NCBI GenBank assembly: GCA_017991615.1
Contig: JAGOQF010000001.1
Location: 1-51,018 of the forward strand
DNA: 51,018 nt
Source: Candidatus Shapirobacteria bacterium
Lineage (GTDB): Bacteria > Patescibacteriota > Microgenomatia > UBA12405
Reading direction: 5' to 3'
The position numbers were made by a program, and so were the translations under genes. This document shows positions 36,905 through 45,951 of this stretch, piece by piece. The first letter of the stretch is position 1. Each line of letters starts with the position of its first letter. The notes beneath the pieces are model-generated. The model had not been told where the DNA came from. It worked only from the letters and a program-made list of their open reading frames with translations, and made no database searches.

Positions 36905-38302
36905 TTATGAATTTTTTTCTAATATTTCTACAATTCCTTTTTCTGCATTGACTCTAATAAGATCATCATTCTTAATTAATTTAGTGGCGTTTTCTGTGGC
37001 GACTATACAGGGTATATTTAATTCTCGACTTATAATGGCGGCATGTGAAGTGATACCTCCTATGTCTGTGACGATGGCTGTAGCTTTTTTCATAGCTATA
37101 ACATAGCTAGGTTGGGTTTTTTCGGCCACTAAGATGTACCCTTTTTTGAAGTTATTTAAGTCTTTTTGATTTTTGACTATTTTAGCTTTTCCTTCGACTA
37201 GACCTGTATATGCTACTCTTCCGGTGATTTTTGTATTTTTATGTTTCGCTTTATTACGGATAATATTTTTTTTAAGTAGTTTAAATTCATTTGGGGTTAA
37301 CCATTTAACCTTAGCACTACCTTTGTAGGGAAAAATTAATTTTGGTTGATTAATTCTGTTGGAATATTTTTGGGGAGGTTTATTATTTTTGTCTAAATTT
37401 TCAATTTCTTTTAAAGTTAAATTTTCAAATATTTGTTCATGATATTGGTTTTTAAACTTATTTTTTAAATATTCTTGAAAGTAAAAATCTAATTCAACTT
37501 GTAAATCGGCGGCAATATTGTCATTTATGTTTATTTTGATAAAGTATTTTAATAATGGTTTGATTTTGTTGGGGATTTTAACTTTACTTTTTTGGGTATT
37601 TTTTAATTCTTTGAGTTGTTGTAAAAAATCTGATTCTGTCCATTTTTGTCTGCTTTTTTCTCCGGTATTTATCCAGCCATATTTATGGCTGTGTTCTTTA
37701 AGTAATTGTTTGAGATTTGGGTTTAATTTTGTTTGACTACTAAAGAATTTTTCGAAGGTAGATTTGTTTTGAAGATATAATTTAGTTAGTTTTTTATTGC
37801 TTTCATTTAATGCTGTTACAGTTCTTGATTTATCTATAATATAAGAACTTATAGAGTTGGTTGGGATTTTAGTTTCTTGACCAATTGTCTCTACTAAATC
37901 GGAGATAAGGGGATCAAAAACAGTTGATACTGATGCCATTAAGAGTGATAAATCTCTTTGTGTAATTTCATATTTTTTGTAATCAAAATAGTGAGAATTA
38001 TTTTTTATATTTTTAAGTAAATTTTTTGCTGTTGACAATATTGCTTCTTGATTTTTGATGACTTTTTTAATTTTTGCGTGGTTGTTTAAGAGGTTTTTAA
38101 ATCTTTCTAATAAATTGTCATTTAATTTTGTGTTTAAAAATTCATCATTTAAAACTGGTTGAAAATATTTTATAGGTATAGGGTAATTGCCAAAAGCCAT
38201 AACTTCTACAAATATTTGGCTTATATATAAATCAAATTCCCAAATAGATCCTTGTCTCCATTTTTGTTCTTTTGATAGGTCAATTATTTTGTTGATTTTC
38301 AT
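36905..38302 (-). CDS. Protein with C-terminal PEP-utilising phospho-His swivel domain and unrecognised N-terminal region
   Basis: ITGRVAYTG.VEGKAK…ILVAEKT.P…GGITSHAAIISRELNIPCIV. Confidence 0.8.
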   Translation of the reverse strand: MKINKIIDLSKEQKWRQGSIWEFDLYISQIFVEVMAFGNYPIPIKYFQPVLNDEFLNTKLNDNLLERFKNLLNNHAKIKKVIKNQEAILSTAKNLLKNIKNNSHYFDYKKYEITQRDLSLLMASVSTVFDPLISDLVETIGQETKIPTNSISSYIIDKSRTVTALNESNKKLTKLYLQNKSTFEKFFSSQTKLNPNLKQLLKEHSHKYGWINTGEKSRQKWTESDFLQQLKELKNTQKSKVKIPNKIKPLLKYFIKININDNIAADLQVELDFYFQEYLKNKFKNQYHEQIFENLTLKEIENLDKNNKPPQKYSNRINQPKLIFPYKGSAKVKWLTPNEFKLLKKNIIRNKAKHKNTKITGRVAYTGLVEGKAKIVKNQKDLNNFKKGYILVAEKTQPSYVIAMKKATAIVTDIGGITSHAAIISRELNIPCIVATENATKLIKNDDLIRVNAEKGIVEILEKNS

Positions 38303-38433
38303 GAAAAAATTTGTATTTGTTTATTTTGAATTATTATATATTATATAAGATATATTTTGTTATTTTGTCATTTTGTCATAGAGTGAGCTTATTTGGAATA
38401 AATATTGTATAATTAGGTAGTTCTTTGAAGTTT

Positions 38434-38515
38434 GCCGAAGTGGTGAAATTGGTATACACGTACGCTTGAGGTGCGTATGTCGCAAGACGTGGGGGTTCAA
38501 GTCCCTCCTTCGGCA
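38434..38515 (+). tRNA. tRNA-Leu(GAG)
   Basis: TACGC-TT GAG GT-GCGTA anticodon arm; long variable arm. Confidence 0.95.
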
Positions 38516-38519
38516 CTAT

Positions 38520-38590
38520 TGCCCTGTCGTCTAATGGTAGGACATCAGCCTTTGGAGCTGAGTATTGTGGTTCGAATCCATGCAGGGCAA
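38520..38590 (+). tRNA. tRNA-Gln(TTG)
   Basis: TGCCCTG/CAGGGCA acceptor; TCAGC-CT TTG GA-GCTGA anticodon arm. Confidence 0.95.
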
Positions 38591-38615
38591 CACAAATTTA
38601 TATGAAATTCTTTTT

Positions 38616-39092
38616 ATGAAAAGTAAACAAGGAGATCTTGATTTTTTGAAAATAGCGGTTGGGCAAGCAAAATTATCCATTGATAGAGGTGGATTCCCGG
38701 CTGGTTCTGTAATTGTTAAAAATAATGAAGTTATTGCCAAAGGTATGAGTTTAGGTTCTCTATTGAATGACCCAATTGGTCATGCAGAAACTTCATCAAT
38801 TAGAAAGGCTTGTAAAAAACTTAAAACCACAGATTTGGATGGAGCAACGCTTTATGCTTCGCTTGAACCTTGTTTAATGTGTTTTTGTGTTTCAAACTGG
38901 TCAAATATTTCAAGAATTGTATTTGGTTGTCGAAAATCGGAGGATATGGTACAAAAATTGTTTTATGAAGGTACAAATGATTTAAAAACTATAAATAATC
39001 GAAACAGTCATAAAATTGAAACGGTTTTTATACCAAATTTCGAAGAGGAGGTGTTGGAATTAATTAAAATGTGGGAGAAAAAATTTTTGTAA
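38616..39092 (+). CDS. Zn-dependent nucleoside/nucleobase deaminase (TadA/guanine deaminase-like)
   Basis: GHAE…LYASLEPCLMC; real start is ATG 38616 (the tracked start lies inside tRNA-Gln). Confidence 0.88.
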   Translation: MKSKQGDLDFLKIAVGQAKLSIDRGGFPAGSVIVKNNEVIAKGMSLGSLLNDPIGHAETSSIRKACKKLKTTDLDGATLYASLEPCLMCFCVSNWSNISRIVFGCRKSEDMVQKLFYEGTNDLKTINNRNSHKIETVFIPNFEEEVLELIKMWEKKFL

Positions 39093-42000
39093 TAAAAATA
39101 GTGGTAATTGGTTTTTATCTTTCTTCTCTTTTTCGTCGATAAATTAGGAAAAGTAGAATAATTACAACAGGAATAATCAACCAAGGAGAGAAATTGAATT
39201 TTTGTTTTTTTAATGATGATATCTAAACGATGAATTTTAATCTCTGGATTGTCTGAGAGATTGATGTTCTGTTCACCCTGGTAATTATTGTAACTAATAA
39301 TGACTTTATGATCTCCGGGTTCAACTTGATTAAATTCAGCAATACCTTCACTGTTGGTCCAAGCTTCTTGAACTTTGGAATGAATGATAACCTTGGCGTT
39401 TTGAATAGGATTGTTTTTAGTATCAACAACTTTGACTTGAACTTTGAGATTAGAGTCTGATACTGATGGAGATTCATCTTTATCTTCTGCTGAATGACAA
39501 TTAATTTTAAGAGTCCAACCAGGTTTAATAAAATTATTTTTTATGGAAGGATATTCATCAGAGTTTTGATCAATAATTTTTTGAAATTGATTACCACTAC
39601 CTAGAAATTGTCTGGCAATTGACCAGAGAGTGTCACCTGATTTAGTGACATAGATTTGACAATCTGATAATGGAGTTTCTAGAGAATCATCATTAATTGT
39701 AGTCATATCCAGAGAAATAGTTTCTAGTTGATTGAAACCAAGAAGAGAATGGGTGGTAGCAGAAATCTCATTAGACCAATCACCAGTGGCACAACCATTG
39801 GCAGCTTTAATACGGAAGTAATAAGTGGTATTGGGAGATAAGTGATTAACTAAATAACTCATGGAATCTGAAGAGTTAACTCCAAGATTTTGAGAACCAT
39901 AGGGATAGGAACCAGATTTAGTGCCATATTGAAGAATGTATTTTTCTACCGGTTTATCAGCTGGACGGAAAGACAAGAGGATACTGTGAGCATTTTTGCT
40001 AATAGCACTGTAGATAACAGGTGGAGTCTTACCTGGAGCTTGATGGTGACATTCTGAAGAACTAGAAGAATCTGAAGTGGAGGTGGAGTCGGAAGAATTA
40101 GAAATGCTTTCTGCTTGTCGAGATAAATTTTGGATGACAGTAGTGGTGTTGAGGTGGTCTGATTGAGTCAGGATAACTACAGGTGATTTATCGACGATAT
40201 CAGACAGATTAAAGCTTTGACTCCATCTATCATTGACACAGCTAGGATTTTCTTTAATAGAGACGATAGTAATGCTGATCGGATCTAATTCTAGATGAGA
40301 GGAACAAGTTCCACTGAGAGTGTAATTAGATTGATTGTTGGTAGTGATGAGGGGTGGTGTATCCAAGGTGAGGATTGGAGCTTGAGTATCAGCTTGTAAT
40401 CCAAAGGCGCGTTCGGTGATGTTACCATAGGTATCTAGTTGAGAAGCAATGACATTGATATTGGTGAGGTGAGGATATGAGAGATTGGTGATGGTTTTTT
40501 TCCAAGTATTATCAGCTTGGCATTCAGTGGTGAAGGTAGAAACAGGATTAATATCATCATTCCACTTGAGAGTAATAGTGGTAGGTTCGGTGGAGGTGCA
40601 GGTGCCAGTGAGAGTGTAGGTGCTTTGGTTGGCACTAGTTAGGTTTTTAGGAACGTTGAAAGTTAGATTGGGGCCGGTGGTTTTTTTGAATAAAGTTTTG
40701 GTGGCAGTGTTAGTATTGTTAGCAATATCGGTTTGGGTGATTTCTACAGCAATATCTCCATCTGAATAGGTAGAGAGATCGGCTAATAAAGTCCATTCAC
40801 CAGTGGCACTGCAAGTGGTAATGTATGGTTGTGTGTTTATGGTAATGGTGGGATTATTATCATCGGCAGTGCAGGTACCAGATAGAGCATAATTAATTTG
40901 GTTATGACTATTAATGACTGCAGGATTATCTTCTATGGTGACTGTGGGTGGGGTCTTGTCGACAACAAAATTTTCTTCTTTTGTAGAAGAATTTCTAGCT
41001 TTATCTTTGGCCTCGATGACTAACTTACCTGAGCTGGTGATAGTTAGAGTACAGTTGACTATGGATTTTTGACTGTCGTCTGTATCGCAGACTATTTGAT
41101 TATTTTTTATACCAGCTGTTGTGTCTTGATGTATTGAAATATCATTTGCAAAAAGATCAACATTATCAGTAATGGTAACGGTGACATCAATATCTTCATT
41201 TTTGATTTTAGTAGGTGCAGAGATGACTATTTTTGGATATTCTCTATCATAAAAATATTTTTGTAGATTTTCTCCTCTTTGGTTGCCTGTTTCGGTAGCA
41301 TAAACTTGAAGCATACCTGTTTTTTGGATACCTGATATCTCACAGGTGACAGGAGAATTGTATGGTGGTCCCTCAACTATATTGTCGTTTTGGTCTTTAC
41401 ATTGAGTAATTGATGCTCCTGTACTAGATTCGCCGGTGAGTCCAATACCAATAACTTGTTTACTTGGATCGGATGTAGTAATTTTTACAGTAGTGTCGTT
41501 GATGGGCTCATTACTAATGATAGTGGGAGCATTTATTTCAATTATTGGCGGAAAGATAATTCTTCGAGAGGTAGTGTTACCGGTAGTATCATATGCTTTA
41601 ATTTCTACCATATGGGGAGTTTCATCAGGGTCTAAATTAAGTGGATGACTTTGAAGATCAAGATTGGGATTATCAGGGATTGTGACGGAGGTACCAACAC
41701 CTAATTCATTTTTGAAGTAAATTTGATATTTATCTACCCCGGTAGGGTCATCAGCCTTAAAAAGAATGGTTGGGTTATTTACACCTGATGCTCCAATGTT
41801 AATATTGGCTATGGTAAAGGTGGGACCTAATGTATCTATGATATATCCAGTTTCTTCAGCGGTAGAAGAATAACCAGCTTTATCAGTGGCTTTGAGAACT
41901 AAGGTGCCAGAAGTGGTAACATCGAGTGTACATTCTATTTCTAGGTGAGTTTCGGGAGTAGGATTTTCATAACTATTTTCATACGGGAAACCGGTTGATG

Positions 42001-43711
42001 AAGTGTTTTTAATGGCGATACATGTCATGTGTTCTATGTCAGCAGCAGCGACACTTGATGCATCCAATTCAACAGTATTGATGGAGTATCTGTCACTAAC
42101 TCGAAATTTTATTTCTACGGGGCCTTTGGAAACTTTGTCTCCCGGTGAGGTAATTTGAATTACTGGGCCAACATCATCAATGTCTTTGACGGTAATGATA
42201 AAGATTTGTTCTGAATAAAGTCCGGTTGGGTCGGTGGCTCGTATCCTGATAGTATATTTGTTCCTATCATTTGGATCAGCTGAGCCTTGAGGATTTTCAA
42301 AGTCAGGTGCTTGAGAGAAAGCTAAAAGGCCGCTAGTGGTATCGAGAGCAAATTTGAGATTGTCTCCATCGCCTTCACCGGAGACAAAGGTATAAACAAC
42401 GGCATCACTTTCATCAGTTGATGAAATAGTGCCTACTTCGGTGGTATTTTCGTAAATTTCTGTTTCAGATAAAGTTAGGTCTCGTGGTGGACAATTTGAC
42501 CCAGCGTCGGTAATTGTCCAGCTGTTTGGTGAATTGGTCAAGGTGTTGTGAGCTGTTTTGGCGGCGCAATAGTTGATGCCAGCTGCACCAAAAGTAACGT
42601 TTGATTTTATAACAGGCTGTCCAGCCCAACTATTTAATAGAGCATCATAATGTTCGGTGTTTAGACCGGAGTTACTTAGCATGTTATTAGCATTATTGAG
42701 AGATGAAATATTAAAATTACTAATATCCTGATTAAATGAACTAGTACCCAAAAACATTCCTGTCATATTGTTTACACTGCTAGTATTCCAGTTAAGGGCA
42801 CCACTACTTTCTCCTGGTTCTTTGCCATTATTAAACTTGGTGGCATCCCAAAACATATAATTCGTTCGGAGCACACTAGAAGTGTTCCAACCCCCTATGG
42901 GTTGATTAAAAACTTTGGTACGAGCAAACATATATGTCATATCCGTAACTTTTTCAGTATTCCACTTGCTAATATCTTGATTGAAGGCTTCGGTTACATA
43001 GAACGTAGCACTCATGTTTGTAACATTTCCAGTATTCCAATTTTCTATTGGTTGATTAAAGGCTTTAGCACTTCTAAACATGCCAGACATATTTTCCACA
43101 TTGTCAGTTTTCCAATTTCCAATTGGAGCATTAAATTTAGGACTATTTAAGAACATATTTGACATATCAGTCACATTGATAGTATTCCAAGTATTCATAT
43201 ATTCATTACCAGTAAAGTTAGCCAAACCACTGAAAGCACCAGACATATTAGTGACGGCTGATAAATTGGGGGCATCAGAAGCAGTTAGTTGCATATTTCT
43301 CATGCCGTAAAAAGCTGATTCAAAACTGGACCACTTAATATGACCCCATTGTTTGATTTCTAAGAGTTTAGCTTTTTCCTCAGTAGTTAAGCCGGGAGCA
43401 TAGAAGGCTAAAGGAGACCCTGATCTGATACAGACATTAAAAGTGCCAGTGGTTTGATAATCATGGGTGTGTTTAGCCTCATCAATTGGTACATAATTAC
43501 CATCACATCTCCAGGAAACCAGATAATAAGCGGCACCGGTAGCTTTTTGAAAATTCAAGGTAATAGTAGTTGATCCATCTCCATTAATATTGGTTTGCCA
43601 TTGGGTGACGAAGTCTTGAGAGTCGTAGGCGTGGGCGGGGTGGAAAAAATTGCTGATAAAAAATAAGGCCACAAGACCAAAGCTAATGAAAATACTTTTT
43701 AGTTTGGTCAT
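39008..43711 (-). CDS. Giant multidomain surface adhesin (DUF285/BspA-like repeats, cadherin-like, Ig-like repeats, FN3, LysM, carboxypeptidase-regulatory-like); C-terminal anchor out of frame, corrected end 39115
   Basis: Signal peptide; W(N/K)T.NV..M..MF repeats; APDFENP…YTIRIRATD; YTLSGTC repeats; YYFRIKAANGC; GDTLWSIA…IKPGWTLKI; TM helix plus RRKR in the adjacent frame after the A7 tract. Confidence 0.85.
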   Translation of the reverse strand: MTKLKSIFISFGLVALFFISNFFHPAHAYDSQDFVTQWQTNINGDGSTTITLNFQKATGAAYYLVSWRCDGNYVPIDEAKHTHDYQTTGTFNVCIRSGSPLAFYAPGLTTEEKAKLLEIKQWGHIKWSSFESAFYGMRNMQLTASDAPNLSAVTNMSGAFSGLANFTGNEYMNTWNTINVTDMSNMFLNSPKFNAPIGNWKTDNVENMSGMFRSAKAFNQPIENWNTGNVTNMSATFYVTEAFNQDISKWNTEKVTDMTYMFARTKVFNQPIGGWNTSSVLRTNYMFWDATKFNNGKEPGESSGALNWNTSSVNNMTGMFLGTSSFNQDISNFNISSLNNANNMLSNSGLNTEHYDALLNSWAGQPVIKSNVTFGAAGINYCAAKTAHNTLTNSPNSWTITDAGSNCPPRDLTLSETEIYENTTEVGTISSTDESDAVVYTFVSGEGDGDNLKFALDTTSGLLAFSQAPDFENPQGSADPNDRNKYTIRIRATDPTGLYSEQIFIITVKDIDDVGPVIQITSPGDKVSKGPVEIKFRVSDRYSINTVELDASSVAAADIEHMTCIAIKNTSSTGFPYENSYENPTPETHLEIECTLDVTTSGTLVLKATDKAGYSSTAEETGYIIDTLGPTFTIANINIGASGVNNPTILFKADDPTGVDKYQIYFKNELGVGTSVTIPDNPNLDLQSHPLNLDPDETPHMVEIKAYDTTGNTTSRRIIFPPIIEINAPTIISNEPINDTTVKITTSDPSKQVIGIGLTGESSTGASITQCKDQNDNIVEGPPYNSPVTCEISGIQKTGMLQVYATETGNQRGENLQKYFYDREYPKIVISAPTKIKNEDIDVTVTITDNVDLFANDISIHQDTTAGIKNNQIVCDTDDSQKSIVNCTLTITSSGKLVIEAKDKARNSSTKEENFVVDKTPPTVTIEDNPAVINSHNQINYALSGTCTADDNNPTITINTQPYITTCSATGEWTLLADLSTYSDGDIAVEITQTDIANNTNTATKTLFKKTTGPNLTFNVPKNLTSANQSTYTLTGTCTSTEPTTITLKWNDDINPVSTFTTECQADNTWKKTITNLSYPHLTNINVIASQLDTYGNITERAFGLQADTQAPILTLDTPPLITTNNQSNYTLSGTCSSHLELDPISITIVSIKENPSCVNDRWSQSFNLSDIVDKSPVVILTQSDHLNTTTVIQNLSRQAESISNSSDSTSTSDSSSSSECHHQAPGKTPPVIYSAISKNAHSILLSFRPADKPVEKYILQYGTKSGSYPYGSQNLGVNSSDSMSYLVNHLSPNTTYYFRIKAANGCATGDWSNEISATTHSLLGFNQLETISLDMTTINDDSLETPLSDCQIYVTKSGDTLWSIARQFLGSGNQFQKIIDQNSDEYPSIKNNFIKPGWTLKINCHSAEDKDESPSVSDSNLKVQVKVVDTKNNPIQNAKVIIHSKVQEAWTNSEGIAEFNQVEPGDHKVIISYNNYQGEQNINLSDNPEIKIHRLDIIIKKTKIQFLSLVDYSCCNYSTFPNLSTKKRRKIKTNYHYFYYKNFFSHILINSNTSSSKFGIKTVSIL

Positions 43712-43803
43712 AGATATAAAAATTATATAGAAAATATAAATTAAGTACAGTAGTTACTGTGTTTATTCGATTAAAAATAAGTACTGATTGTAGGAAAAGT
43801 AAA

Positions 43804-43986
43804 TTATTTTGTTTGAGAGGAGTCGGTGGCAGGAATAGGAGTGGGTAGAATCAGGGTTTTACTTTCTAGTTTATGAAGAACGTCTTTATCGATACTTTGG
43901 TATGACAATAAGCCGGCGATGGCAAGAAGAAAAAATAGAGTAAAAAGTAGGATTAAGCCGATTTTGTCAGGTTTAGTTTTATTCAT
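43804..43986 (-). CDS. Small single-TM hypothetical protein (60 aa)
   Basis: Hydrophobic helix and PTP-rich tail; 5 nt downstream of the SBP gene. Confidence 0.5.
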   Translation of the reverse strand: MNKTKPDKIGLILLFTLFFLLAIAGLLSYQSIDKDVLHKLESKTLILPTPIPATDSSQTK

Positions 43987-43991
43987 AATAT

Positions 43992-45326
43992 TTATTTAAT
44001 TCTGGTAACAGTATAAGTGGTGGGATAATAAAGGAAAATAGCGGGAACTTCCTCCAGTAAATAGGTTTGAAAATCTTGGTAAATTTTTTTTCTTTCAATT
44101 TGATCGTTAGTTTGTCTTCCCTCCTCCAGGAGCTTATCAATACGAGGGTTATTGAGTTTGGTGATATTAGTGTTGGTTTGGGTGGAGTGCCAAAATAAAT
44201 ATTGATCCGGATCTTTAGTAATGGCTCCATAGGTGAGAATGGTATCGTAGTCATCAAAATTAGGTTGATTTTCGATAGTGATAGAAACAGGAATTTCTAA
44301 GATATTTTGCCAGGAGGTTTTAATCTCTTCCGCTAGTGGCAATAGTTGACGATCATTAACACTAAGATTAAGATGATCAATTTTTTCGTTTTTAAGAAGC
44401 TCTTTGGCGCGGGTTTTGTTGAGATTGTATTCTTTGATATTGGAATAATAAGCCCAAGAATTGGGGGAAATTGGTCCGAGAGCTCGTTCGTTTTTGTCGC
44501 CTTTGGGAGTGGCATAAGCCAGGGCTTGTCTAAGTTGGCGGTTGCCAAGTTTTTGAGTATTGATAAATACGGCGACGTATTTTTCGGTAGTTTCAATTTG
44601 TTTAGTAATATTGGTTTTATGCCATTCAGTAAACTCGGGTGGAAGAGAATTAATTTTAATTTCATTGACGTTACCGATTTTGTAAGCATGGATAACATCG
44701 GCTTGATTAAAATAAAATCGGTATTCGATTGAACGAACATCTTTTTGGTGTCGAGGTTTAAGGCGGAGAGTTTTGATATACCCTTCTTGATAAGTGACAT
44801 TGGAAACACTGTAATCTCCCAGTCCGTCAAAATTTTTTTTGATGAGAGGTTCGGTTAAAAGTGACATGATTGGAGTAAACTCGGTTTCAGAACTGATTTT
44901 AATAACGGTAGGAGATAAGGGGGTAATAGAAATTCCAGGAATTTGGTAATTGATATCGTAGGCGGTGAATTTTTTGCCATTAGACCAGGTAATATCGTCT
45001 TTAAGGGTAAAAATATAGTCTTTGTTGTCGTTTTGGATGTCTAAAGATTCAACTAGAGGAGAAATAATCGGTTTTTGATTTTGGGATAAAACTGATAATC
45101 CGAGACTGATTTTTTGAGCAATATCATCAGGAAGATTGTCAATGGTGTATCTGCCTTCTAGTCCGATATAACGGGGATGCCAAATGGGGAGATTATAAAA
45201 TTCAGTTATTTTTTTATGAAAGATAATGACCAGGGTGACGGCTAAAAATATGGCGATAAAAGCAAAGGTATGCTTTTTGAAATAAAGCCATAGTAGTTCC
45301 AGTTTGAATTGAATTTTAGTAAACAA
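43992..45326 (-). CDS. Family 5 ABC-transporter substrate-binding protein (membrane-anchored)
   Basis: YIFTLKDDITWSNGKKFTAYDI, LRQAL.YA, DPDQY.FWHS, IDKLLEEGR…R..IY..FQ….EEVPAIFLY. Confidence 0.85.
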   Translation of the reverse strand: MFTKIQFKLELLWLYFKKHTFAFIAIFLAVTLVIIFHKKITEFYNLPIWHPRYIGLEGRYTIDNLPDDIAQKISLGLSVLSQNQKPIISPLVESLDIQNDNKDYIFTLKDDITWSNGKKFTAYDINYQIPGISITPLSPTVIKISSETEFTPIMSLLTEPLIKKNFDGLGDYSVSNVTYQEGYIKTLRLKPRHQKDVRSIEYRFYFNQADVIHAYKIGNVNEIKINSLPPEFTEWHKTNITKQIETTEKYVAVFINTQKLGNRQLRQALAYATPKGDKNERALGPISPNSWAYYSNIKEYNLNKTRAKELLKNEKIDHLNLSVNDRQLLPLAEEIKTSWQNILEIPVSITIENQPNFDDYDTILTYGAITKDPDQYLFWHSTQTNTNITKLNNPRIDKLLEEGRQTNDQIERKKIYQDFQTYLLEEVPAIFLYYPTTYTVTRIK

Positions 45327-45328
45327 AG

Positions 45329-45538
45329 TTAGATGAGGGTTTGAACTATGGAAGAAACAATAAAAAGAACAATGATAAAAATTGTCAGATTAAACATAAC
45401 TTTTTCCCAACCGCGTTTTTCAGGGACATTGTTTATTAGATTAGATCTGGATTCAGTTTCACCACTTGATTGGAGAAAGATTAAAACGGAGAGGGTGAGT
45501 GAAAGAATTATTTGAATAATAATGAGGAAAGTTTTCAT
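45329..45538 (-). CDS. secG: Preprotein translocase subunit SecG
   Basis: Two TMs, IFLQS…EKRGWEK.MF..TI. Confidence 0.8.
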   Translation of the reverse strand: MKTFLIIIQIILSLTLSVLIFLQSSGETESRSNLINNVPEKRGWEKVMFNLTIFIIVLFIVSSIVQTLI

Positions 45539-45951
45539 TTTTTGGGTTTTTTGGTAATGATTAAATTAAAAATGTAAAAAATTAAACTGATAGTGGCTGA
45601 AGTAACCAAATAATTCCAAAACGAAGAAAAGCTTAATGGTGGAATATTAATACCTAAAAAATTTGTGGCTGGAGAATTAATATTTTTGACATAAAAATCA
45701 GCGAAAAGAAATGAGGCTAGATATAGACCTAAAGTGTTAATGACGGCTCGAAACAAGCCTAAGGTAAGGAGATTTATAGGAAAAAGAACAAGCTTAATAA
45801 TGGGTTTGAGAAATATTTCAAAAATAGCCAGAATAATGGCAACTTTGATAATTGTCCAGGGAATGGATTGAAATTCCAGATTTGACCAAATTAGATTGGC
45901 AGTAACGAGGGAAAAGGTAAAAAGTAGGGTTGATCGGAGAATTTTTTTCAT
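45535..45951 (-). CDS. Second YvlD / 'phage holin family' membrane protein
   Basis: LKPIIKLVLFPINLLTLGLF..VIN; ATG 45951 overlaps the upstream stop. Confidence 0.82.
   Translation of the reverse strand: MKKILRSTLLFTFSLVTANLIWSNLEFQSIPWTIIKVAIILAIFEIFLKPIIKLVLFPINLLTLGLFRAVINTLGLYLASFLFADFYVKNINSPATNFLGINIPPLSFSSFWNYLVTSATISLIFYIFNLIITKKPKK

Noticed and set aside
38354-38377. Three tandem ATTTTGT(T/C) 8-mers upstream of the PEP-swivel gene
   Set aside because: Low-complexity AT-rich promoter region with no supporting second site
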